NCBI GenBank assembly: GCA_013166835.1
Contig: JABLTI010000035.1
Span: 1-24,705 of the forward strand
Reading direction: 5' to 3'
DNA: 24,705 nt
DNA from: Promethearchaeati archaeon
Lineage (GTDB): Archaea; Asgardarchaeota; Heimdallarchaeia; JABLTI01
In this document: piece by piece, positions 1 through 7,756 of the stretch
How positions within the stretch are numbered: position 1 is the first letter of the stretch
How the letters are laid out: each line of letters starts with the position of its first letter
Position numbers and translations under genes: made by a program
Notes under the pieces: generated by a model
Seen by the model: the letters and a program-made list of their open reading frames with translations, nothing else
The model's database searches: none
What the model was told of the DNA's origin: nothing

Positions 1-1
1 G

Positions 2-187
2 GGTGAACTTAAACTATTATTTGAAATTTTTGATAGTGAAATGAATGATGGTCGTCCTGCAAAGAAAGTGATAGTAACTATTTGTGGTGAAGAAGCAAAT
101 AGTGGTCAAGTTAGAGCAATTGTAAGAAATATGATTCATACATCGGATACAGCTATCAAAAATTTAGAAGATATTATGGAAAGATAG
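2..187 (+). CDS. 3' end of a truncated ORF, possible Roadblock/LC7-like (GTPase regulator fold) protein
   Basis: Frame 2 is open from the window edge to TAG at 185-187: GELKLLFEIFDSEMNDGRPAKKVIVTICGEEANSGQVRAIVRNMIHTSDTAIKNLEDIMER*. The strand-'EEANSGQVR'-helix ending resembles the Roadblock C-terminal 'xxxNlGxir' pattern. Not in the supplied ORF track. Confidence 0.45.
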   Translation, partial: GELKLLFEIFDSEMNDGRPAKKVIVTICGEEANSGQVRAIVRNMIHTSDTAIKNLEDIMER

Positions 188-315
188 AGGAAAAAGTAAT
201 AGGTTGTTTCTGAGGGAAAGATATTCTTTCTATTCATTTTGAACAAAAGAATTAAAAACGAAATAATGTGGAATTGCTTTACAAGATTATTAACCATACT
301 TTATGTTAACAAAAG

Positions 316-1005
316 TTGAGGTATAATACATTGTCAATAGAAGCAGAACAGATAACTGAAGAATTACTCATAGGTTTAGATGAATATTTAGCTGCTGGTG
401 TCCATATAGGCACCCGTATTGGCACAAAGTCAATGAAGAAATTTATTTATCTTATTCGTAGTGATGGTCTTTACGTTTTAGATGTTAGAGCAACAGATGA
501 TCGAATTAGAACTCTAGCAAAATTCCTAGCAAGATATGAACCTAATCAGGTTGCAGTCTTTTCAGCTCGTCAATATGGTCAAGTTCCTGGCAGTAAACTA
601 GCAAAAGTATGTGGTTTTAGAAGCGTGCCAGGGAGATTCATTCCTGGAACACTAACTAATCCAGAATTTTCCGGATTTATTGAACCAGAAATTATTCTTG
701 TAACAGATCCCCGTGCAGATAAACAAGCAATAAAAGAAGCAAATAAAGTTGGTATAGTTGTTGGAGCAATGTGCGACACAGATAATGAACTCAAAGGTGT
801 TGATATTTGTGTACCAACAAATAATAAAGGGCGTAGAGCTCTTGCATTAGTTTACTGGCTTCTTGCTAAAGAGATCTTAAAAGCTCGTGGAGAAATTCCT
901 CCTGATGGATCTATTCCTGAAACCATTGAAGATTTCACCTTCAAAGTTCTACCAAGTAGTATGCAAATTACTACAGATGAACAAGAGGGAGAAGCACAAC
1001 AATAA
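316..1005 (+). CDS. rps2: 30S ribosomal protein uS2 (archaeal type); probable real start TTG at 331
   Basis: Motifs YLAAGVHIGT, RSDGLYVLD, GRFIPGTLTNP, VTDPRADKQAIKEA, PTNNKGRRALALVYWLLA. SD-like GAGGT at 318-322 precedes TTG331. Confidence 0.97.
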   Translation: MRYNTLSIEAEQITEELLIGLDEYLAAGVHIGTRIGTKSMKKFIYLIRSDGLYVLDVRATDDRIRTLAKFLARYEPNQVAVFSARQYGQVPGSKLAKVCGFRSVPGRFIPGTLTNPEFSGFIEPEIILVTDPRADKQAIKEANKVGIVVGAMCDTDNELKGVDICVPTNNKGRRALALVYWLLAKEILKARGEIPPDGSIPETIEDFTFKVLPSSMQITTDEQEGEAQQ

Positions 1006-1042
1006 TTCTAAATTTAATCTCTATACTTTATAGCTGAAAAAT

Positions 1043-1063
1043 CTCCGAGTTATTCTCTCGGAG
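1043..1063. terminator. Hairpin between convergent rps2 and presenilin genes (possible bidirectional terminator)
   Basis: CTCCGAG-ttattct-CTCGGAG, a perfect 7-bp stem flanked by an A-run on the left and T-rich sequence on the right. Confidence 0.5.
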
Positions 1064-1074
1064 TCATTTATTTT

Positions 1075-2193
1075 CTATCCAAACCATACAGGTTCCAACC
1101 AACCGTAACTCCAACCACTATAATTCGTTAAAGCTAGGATTCCCCATACTCCTAAGGCAAAAATTAATCCGAGACCAACAGACAAAGGTAACCCAGGCAT
1201 CATTTTTACTTTTTCAAGTAATTTGATTGTTAATATTGCACCAATAACTACACCAAAGAAAGCAGCTATTGCTGAATAAAGTCCAAGTCGTATAAGTGCA
1301 AAGCTAAACAACATACCATAAAAAGCTAAATCACCCAATCCTAATTCAATGTAATCCGAATAAATGTACTCTTCATCAGCTACCCGACTTGATGATTTTT
1401 CGTCAGTCATTGATTCTATTTTTTCTGTATTTATTTCTTCTTTCGCTGAATCTGAATTAATACTTCCTTCCTCTTTATTTTCCACCTGTAGTTTTTCATT
1501 TTCCTCCACATCCTGTAAGTAGCGTTCTTCACTTATTTCAGCTATTTTCTTAATTGGTCCTTTGAAGACAGAAATGACATCATAAATACTTAAACCAATC
1601 ATAACGAGTATTGCAGCAAGTGCTGGAAGAAAAACTGCAAGAAAAGTCCCAGCTAATACCGCAAAAAGCATAGCCATAATTTGTGGGGCAGGTTCAGGAA
1701 TTAATTGATAGACCATTGAAACTACTGTTAGAGCAGCATACAATAATCCAATAATAATACCTAGAACTAGGATTAAGGCATCCGTACTATTAGCAAATAC
1801 CATGTTCTCTGTGAGGACTTCATGAAGATAATAGGGAGCGGTATAAATTAGCATAAAAACAAAGAAGAATGATGTGAGAGTTACTGCAATAGCAAATAAA
1901 GCCTTTAGTAATTTGATATTTCCATATTTGAATATCAAGAAAATCACAAATGCACCAACAAATGCTATTCCTACAAAAAACAACGCAGTTAAATAAGGAC
2001 TTTCAAAAGGTGAAGCACTTGGTGTTCCTTCACCTCCTCCTACATCAGAATTGAAGAAACCAAAGAGCAAGAAACTACAAAGACCACTGAGAATTGAAAT
2101 GATCAATGTAGGAATTGCAATAGAATATATTCGTTTTTTAATCGTAATACTAAAAGTACCTAATTCACTCGCGTAACTCACTCTGTTAACCAT
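1075..2193 (-). CDS. Presenilin-family (A22) intramembrane aspartyl protease
   Basis: About 9 hydrophobic segments. TM6 YD (SIYDVISVFKGPIKKIAEISEER), TM7 GxGD (LGLGDLAFYGML), PAL-equivalent MPGLPLSVGLG, and an acidic loop between the two catalytic Asp helices. Confidence 0.93.
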   Translation of the reverse strand: MVNRVSYASELGTFSITIKKRIYSIAIPTLIISILSGLCSFLLFGFFNSDVGGGEGTPSASPFESPYLTALFFVGIAFVGAFVIFLIFKYGNIKLLKALFAIAVTLTSFFFVFMLIYTAPYYLHEVLTENMVFANSTDALILVLGIIIGLLYAALTVVSMVYQLIPEPAPQIMAMLFAVLAGTFLAVFLPALAAILVMIGLSIYDVISVFKGPIKKIAEISEERYLQDVEENEKLQVENKEEGSINSDSAKEEINTEKIESMTDEKSSSRVADEEYIYSDYIELGLGDLAFYGMLFSFALIRLGLYSAIAAFFGVVIGAILTIKLLEKVKMMPGLPLSVGLGLIFALGVWGILALTNYSGWSYGWLEPVWFG

Positions 2194-2314
2194 CCATTAG
2201 TTAAATTTCATCATTTTAATAATATGATAATAAGTTCTTTAACATATCAAAAATATTTGCTTATATCAAAAAAAGAGGAAATCGAAATCCTTCAATAATA
2301 CTTGAAAGATTATC

Positions 2315-2533
2315 TCATTCTGATTTTTTCGCAGGTTCGTCATCTGCACTAGGTTTCTTGATGAAAGCAACGACCATTACAATTAAACCAATACCAAAGA
2401 TAATTATGCCAAACCATAGGACCCAATCATTCCAAGTGTTAAGATTGGGATCATAGAATATTGAACCAACGATAACCATGGCTATACCAATAACATATTG
2501 TACTCCTGCAGCGATTAATGGACCTTTTCTCAT
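2315..2533 (-). CDS. Small 72-aa membrane protein with two TM helices, unknown function
   Basis: Two ~20-aa hydrophobic stretches joined by a polar loop (YDPNLNTWND), followed by a charged tail. ATG start; same strand as both neighbours. Confidence 0.7.
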   Translation of the reverse strand: MRKGPLIAAGVQYVIGIAMVIVGSIFYDPNLNTWNDWVLWFGIIIFGIGLIVMVVAFIKKPSADDEPAKKSE

Positions 2534-2680
2534 TCATTACACATCCAATTAACAATACATTAGAGAATTTATTTGTAAATAACTACGTGATTATTTTGAA
2601 TGTTTTTCATAAATAAACTCGAAGTAATTAAAAGTTTGTGCTGAAAAGTAATTATTGAATATTGAAACAAACGACTATTC

Positions 2681-4957
2681 TTAAAGGATATTTTTAATTT
2701 TCAGAGCTAATTCTGGTTCAGTATTTCTTAGTAAATCAATAGCAAAAGGTGGAAATTGAGGATCAAATTCAGAGAGAATATCTCGCATCTCTTGTTTTGT
2801 AGGAGATCTATCTTCAAAAGCTTGAATTTTCTGAATGAATTTGTTAACTTGACCAAACATGTCATTTATCTTATCTCGAATGAATTTTGGTCTTTCTCTC
2901 GATCTTCTTCTCCACATTAGTCTTAAGAAACTGTGAAGATATTCCGATCTTGGACCACTATATGCACTCATAGATCGCAAATTGACTTTTGCTGCTTCTT
3001 TAAATAATTTATCAGTTCCTTCTTGAGCTCCCATGATATCGAATTGACCTATATTTATTCCAGCAAAATTTGTGGTCCAGATTTGAGCGTTTATTGCTTT
3101 ATGAGGAGCAAAAATTGAAAGAGCTTCTATAATATGGTAAACATCTAAAGGATCATCGCCAATTATGACAAGTGGTTCTCCGACAATGATTGATCTAACA
3201 GCAACATCCAATCCTTTTCTAATATAGAATCCTGCTAAATATGCACAATCTTTGTGTAATCGAATTAATTTCTCAGAGAGAGTTAGACCTGCATCTAATG
3301 CTGCTACTCCAAATGCTTTTTTCACTTCATTCAAGTATTGATCAGGCGATCTGCCTTCAATTTTTAGTGTATTAATATCACGAGCAACTTTGAGTAGAAT
3401 AGAAGTCGAATTAGTTATTTCTTTAAGAAATTCTTTTGGAGAAATAATTTTCTTTAGCTTCTTTACTAAATTTTTTGTAAATTCAGAAGAGCTTCCACCA
3501 ATTATTCGATTTTGGTCTACATCAATAATTGTAGCCCAAGAATAATACTTAAGTAAAATTTTTGGAACAACAACAATATCTGCGTCTTTAGGATGAACAA
3601 AAGATTCATTTTTTACGCAAATTAAATTTCTATGTGGAGTGATGAGGTTCAAGGTATCTAATAATTTATCAATATCTTCATCTTCAAACAGAGAAGAATT
3701 TTCACTTGTTACTACGACGAAATTCCCCATAAATAGAGCTTCAAAGACATTCTCAATGTCTCTTTTGAATAAAGTATTTAATAGAAAGGGATCACGATTA
3801 CGCTCGTTTGGGATTCTAATTTTTCCTGAAGTAAAACCTTTCTCTCGTCGAAGAGAATTTGAGGGTAGAAAACCATTTTTTGGAATGATTATAGTTTGTC
3901 TGTGAGTTTTGTCTATTTCCTGTGCAAGTGGGTCAGCTTTTAGTTTAATTCCTCTTGATTCTTTCTTAGGGATGTCAATCATTGAATCTTTTACTTCTTC
4001 AAGTCTAGGTGAAATCGATTCTGTTTCAGAAAATACGGAAACATCGCTACTTTCGTCAGAAGGTTTTGGGACACTAAAGGAACTCTCAGCACCAAGCTCA
4101 GAAAAATCTAAATCTGGTGGGGCCATCATAGCAGATTCAATTGAAGTAGAATCATCTTGTTCAGAAACATCACTTACTTTTGCTTGTGAGATAGCAGGAG
4201 CAGAGGGTTCAGTAATAGGTGGAAAACTTATTTCTTGAGTCTCTGGGCCTTCTATTTGAATGATCTCTTTATCAGCAAGTTGCGGTTCAGTCCGTCTTGA
4301 GACAATACGTGGAGCTTCATCAGATTCAAAAGGTTTTATTGAAAAATATGATTTATCCGAGATTGTTGTGATAAACAAATACCCTCTTTGGTAAATATCT
4401 CTCAATTGGTTTTCAACTTCGCTTGTTGTTAATCCAGTTACTTGAGTAACCATATCTGGTGTAACAACTTGCATTTTCACTAAAACAAGTGCTACCATCT
4501 GTAATTCTGTTGGCAAATTTAGAACTTCAAATGCATCTAAGCCCTTTCTTTCACCTTTAGCTTCGATTTTTCTTTGATCAAATGCTTTAACTAATTCAAT
4601 CAGATTTTTATCAAACACCCTAAATTGTGAAACATCTTTCCCATCATAAGAATCAGCAATTTCTGGTGGAAATATTGAGAAGAAAACATCCTCCAATTCA
4701 GGTGTGAACACAGAAGGAATACTTGTTTCTTCGAGATCAGTACCAACAACAAATAAGACTTCGTTATTTGTATGATAGTAATATTTTGTCCCTTCAATAA
4801 TTATGTCTTGAACTTTTTCAGTAAATTCACTAATTGGACCGCTCAACCAACCATAGAATTTTTCTAATCGTTCTCTTTCCTCTTGGTCAGTCATCTTTAT
4901 GAAACGCATTCCAGCAACGGGAGTATCCTTAATTACTATCCATACGAATTGAATCAT
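2681..4957 (-). CDS. Longin-like domain + winged HTH + disordered linker + two tandem DENN-like domains (ORF open to 5017; likely start ATG 4957)
   Basis: N-terminus MIQFVWIVIK...KYYYHTNNEVLFVVGTD...F..FP...DVSQFRVFDKNL fits the longin pattern. LNLPTELQMVALVL...VTGLTTSEVENQLRDIYQRGYL fits a wHTH. A S/E/P-rich linker follows, then two mutually alignable alpha/beta repeats (EALFMGNFVVVTSEN...LITPH and RSIIVGEPLVIIGDD...IFAPH). GAGG precedes ATG4957. Confidence 0.65.
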   Translation of the reverse strand: MIQFVWIVIKDTPVAGMRFIKMTDQEERERLEKFYGWLSGPISEFTEKVQDIIIEGTKYYYHTNNEVLFVVGTDLEETSIPSVFTPELEDVFFSIFPPEIADSYDGKDVSQFRVFDKNLIELVKAFDQRKIEAKGERKGLDAFEVLNLPTELQMVALVLVKMQVVTPDMVTQVTGLTTSEVENQLRDIYQRGYLFITTISDKSYFSIKPFESDEAPRIVSRRTEPQLADKEIIQIEGPETQEISFPPITEPSAPAISQAKVSDVSEQDDSTSIESAMMAPPDLDFSELGAESSFSVPKPSDESSDVSVFSETESISPRLEEVKDSMIDIPKKESRGIKLKADPLAQEIDKTHRQTIIIPKNGFLPSNSLRREKGFTSGKIRIPNERNRDPFLLNTLFKRDIENVFEALFMGNFVVVTSENSSLFEDEDIDKLLDTLNLITPHRNLICVKNESFVHPKDADIVVVPKILLKYYSWATIIDVDQNRIIGGSSSEFTKNLVKKLKKIISPKEFLKEITNSTSILLKVARDINTLKIEGRSPDQYLNEVKKAFGVAALDAGLTLSEKLIRLHKDCAYLAGFYIRKGLDVAVRSIIVGEPLVIIGDDPLDVYHIIEALSIFAPHKAINAQIWTTNFAGINIGQFDIMGAQEGTDKLFKEAAKVNLRSMSAYSGPRSEYLHSFLRLMWRRRSRERPKFIRDKINDMFGQVNKFIQKIQAFEDRSPTKQEMRDILSEFDPQFPPFAIDLLRNTEPELALKIKNIL

Positions 4958-5147
4958 TAGCCTCTTACCTTTATTTAATAGCAATCCTAATCGTTTTAGG
5001 ATGCAGTGAAACTTCAATCCTCAGATTTTTGATTTTGTTAAATGATTTTTTCTTAGTTAAGATTTGTTTACTAGGTTTTAAGTGTAGTGAAATAAGATTA
5101 AAATTTCTTCTATGGATTCTAATCACTTTCTGGGTAAAAAAAATGGA

Positions 5148-7145
5148 TTAATAGCCCCAGAACTTATTTTCTTCACTTAAGCTTCTTTTCAAATTTATAA
5201 GATCTTCTAATGCTTCTCTCTCATCGACAGTTAAATCCTCATAGAATTTCTCTTTTATCCGTCTAACAACGCCTTCTGGTAAATCAACAAATAGTTCCAT
5301 GTCTTCTGTGATTTGACGACCAACAGTAGGACCTCGAATTGAAACTGCAACTTCGGAACCTTTTTTAGCTTCACGAATAGATTGACCACTTTCTTGTATT
5401 TGTTGAATAGTTCCACATTTCTTACCATCAGTTCCTCGAATCAATGGCACTCTAGGAACAATTCGACCTGAAAGAACTTCTACACCAACTATTGCAGGTC
5501 TATTTGCGCGAAAAGTCATGCCTGGAAGAATTTTTATTTTGGCTGGATAGGTCAAATCTTTCAAGCTATCGGCTTTTAATTTGCTTTCAAGTTCTATTTT
5601 CCAGTGCGCATATTCATCCAACAAAGTGTAAATGATATCACTTTGAAAGAACTCTATGTCATTTACTTCAAGTTCTTCTTGAGCATCAGGCAAAGCTGTA
5701 ACATTAAAACCAACTATTGCTGCTAATGAGGGAGCATTTTCCTTTACGACAATTGCTTCTGAGACGTTATTCTTATTGATGTCACCGATATCAGCTAATT
5801 TAATTGGAATTTTTCTATCTCGAAATTCTTTGACGAGAGCCTCAAGAGCTCCAAGGGTGTCTGCTTTAATAATAATGCCTTCTTTATCAGTATCAATTCT
5901 AATTACTTTCAGTTCTTCTTCGATAAGTTTCTTAGCATTCGAAATTTCTTTGACAGTATTAGCAACCATTACTTGTGCTCCAGCAACAGCTTCACTCAAA
6001 CCGGAACCAGTTATTTTAACTCCTGCAGCAGCATGAACCATATCAATTGAATTAAACTTTTCACGCGGATCGCGAATTTCATCTAGCTCTTTAGGTTCGA
6101 GAAGAGCTCGTATTTTAGCTTGATGAGCTTTATCTCTACCACCAAAAACTATGGAATCAGTTTTTGAGAAGGTACCTTTGTGAACTATTACATTAATCGT
6201 AGTACCCATACCCATTTCTTCAGTTACTTCAAGAATTGTCCCTTCACCAGGACCTTCACTATACACTAATTTTTTCAAAAGAAACTGTTCTGCTAAACCA
6301 GAAAGAACAAGGAAAAGATCTTGAATACCCTCAAGAGTTTTAGCACTGGTAGGAATGATGGCAACATTCTCAGTATAATTTCTAATTCTATCATACCTAT
6401 CAGAAGGATAGCTCAACTTAGATAATTCACCCATTAACTCATACAAATGCCTGTCAAGGGCTTTTTGTGTATCTACGGTTTGCTTGCTGAAGGTTTTAGA
6501 AAAAGTTTCGTTATTATGTGATTTCCAGCCAGCAACTTTATCTGTCTTATTGGCTGCAACTAAGAAAGGTATTTTCCTTTGCTTAAGCAAACGCATTGAT
6601 TCGAAAGTTTGAGGTTGGAAACCTGCTTGCACATCCACAACAACTATAGCAATATCTGCAACAGATGCACCTCTTGTTCGTAGATTTAGAAATGCAGCAT
6701 GGCCAGGAGTGTCAACAATGAGGATACCCGGGATTCTGAGTTTAATTGAACCCTTTTTCAATAAGTCTCCACAGATTTCTTCGATAGTTTCAATAGGGAA
6801 ATAAGAAGCACCAATCTGTTGAGTTATTCCCCCTGCTTCTCGTGCTTGAACAGCAGTACCTCGAACAGCGTCTAAGATGGAGGTTTTACCATGATCAATA
6901 TGTCCCAAGATAACACAAATAGGAGCTTTGAGTCTTTTGTTTTCATCAACTTCTACTATCTCTTCTTTTTTAGGAGGTTTCTTAGTAGGTTCTTTAGTAG
7001 ATTTCACAGCAGGTTTCTTGGTAAGTTTCTTAGTAGATTTCGCAGCAGGTTTCTTGGTAAGTTTCTTAGTAGATTTCGCAGTAGGTTTCTTGGTGGATTC
7101 TTTAGTAGGCTTCTTAGTAGGTTTCTTTGTTTTTTCTTCTGACAT
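5148..7145 (-). CDS. infB: Translation initiation factor aIF5B/IF-2 with Lys-rich N-terminal extension
   Basis: GHIDHGKT, REAGGITQQIG, DTPGH, NKTD, SAKT, KADTLGALEAL and the archaeal domain IV (FR..RPAIVGVEV; GPTVGRQI). SD GGAGG upstream. Confidence 0.97.
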   Translation of the reverse strand: MSEEKTKKPTKKPTKESTKKPTAKSTKKLTKKPAAKSTKKLTKKPAVKSTKEPTKKPPKKEEIVEVDENKRLKAPICVILGHIDHGKTSILDAVRGTAVQAREAGGITQQIGASYFPIETIEEICGDLLKKGSIKLRIPGILIVDTPGHAAFLNLRTRGASVADIAIVVVDVQAGFQPQTFESMRLLKQRKIPFLVAANKTDKVAGWKSHNNETFSKTFSKQTVDTQKALDRHLYELMGELSKLSYPSDRYDRIRNYTENVAIIPTSAKTLEGIQDLFLVLSGLAEQFLLKKLVYSEGPGEGTILEVTEEMGMGTTINVIVHKGTFSKTDSIVFGGRDKAHQAKIRALLEPKELDEIRDPREKFNSIDMVHAAAGVKITGSGLSEAVAGAQVMVANTVKEISNAKKLIEEELKVIRIDTDKEGIIIKADTLGALEALVKEFRDRKIPIKLADIGDINKNNVSEAIVVKENAPSLAAIVGFNVTALPDAQEELEVNDIEFFQSDIIYTLLDEYAHWKIELESKLKADSLKDLTYPAKIKILPGMTFRANRPAIVGVEVLSGRIVPRVPLIRGTDGKKCGTIQQIQESGQSIREAKKGSEVAVSIRGPTVGRQITEDMELFVDLPEGVVRRIKEKFYEDLTVDEREALEDLINLKRSLSEENKFWGY
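6968..7135 (-). repeat. In-frame tandem repeat (12-bp subunit, 36-bp higher-order unit) encoding KKPT/KKLT/AKST units of the aIF5B N-terminus
   Basis: + strand GCAGGTTTCTTGGTAAGTTTCTTAGTAGATTTC occurs twice exactly, 36 bp apart, with degenerate copies on both sides. Confidence 0.85.
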
Positions 7146-7187
7146 AATGTTTTCCTCCTATTGGTTTAAGGGAAATTAAAGTTAGGC

Positions 7188-7655
7188 TTATTCATAAATC
7201 CAATCTTCATCAAGCATTGGATTCTTTACAAAATCTGACTCTTTAAAGTAAATTGAATACTCTATTTTAGCATTTTCCGGTGAATCAGCAGCATGAACAA
7301 CATTTCTACCAATTTCCATAGCTAAATCACCTCGCATAGTGCCAACTTCTGCTTCCATTGGTTTTGTAGCACCGGCTAGCTTGCGAACACGTTTCACAGC
7401 ATCTTTGCCTTCGACAACCATCGCAACAACTGGTCCACTGGTGATGAATTTCACTAAACCATCAAAGAATGGTTTATCTTTGTGGATTGCATAATGCTCT
7501 TCAGCCATAGCTTTTGTCAATTGGAGCATTCTCATAGCTACGATGCGTAATCCTACTTTTTCTAACCTCGAAATAATTTCACCAATTAATCGTCTTTTAA
7601 CAGCATCTGGTTTAACCATTACGAAACTTCTTTCAATATCTGACATAAGATTCAC
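7188..7655 (-). CDS. ndk: Nucleoside diphosphate kinase (likely start ATG 7646)
   Basis: ERSFVMVKPDAV, HKDKPFF, SGPVVAMV, GTMRGD, RNVVHAADS. The listed GTG lies inside the SD (AGGTGA-atctt-ATG). Confidence 0.97.
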   Translation of the reverse strand: MNLMSDIERSFVMVKPDAVKRRLIGEIISRLEKVGLRIVAMRMLQLTKAMAEEHYAIHKDKPFFDGLVKFITSGPVVAMVVEGKDAVKRVRKLAGATKPMEAEVGTMRGDLAMEIGRNVVHAADSPENAKIEYSIYFKESDFVKNPMLDEDWIYE

Positions 7656-7756
7656 CTACAATAACAAATGCGAAAGAATCAGCTCAAAAAACTTTTGATG
7701 AAAAAGAAAATAAAAAAATGCTATAAAAAATGATAAGAAAAGAAGAATACCGGGAA

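Noticed and set aside
579-794. 71-aa antisense ORF inside rps2
   Set aside because: Shadow ORF of a conserved gene with no recognisable motifs.
3639-4797. ORFs 3639-3905, 3909-4238 (+) and 4600-4797 (-)
   Set aside because: All are nested in the longin/DENN gene; Ser/Phe-rich antisense or alternative-frame artefacts.
6968-7135. 36-bp periodicity resembling a CRISPR array
   Set aside because: The repeats are contiguous with no unique spacers, lie in frame within infB, and no cas genes are nearby.
5776-7179. Antisense ORFs in infB, including the repetitive FLSRF and GFLV ORFs at 6891-7179
   Set aside because: The repetitive ones are the reverse complement of the Lys-rich tandem repeat; the other is a shadow ORF.
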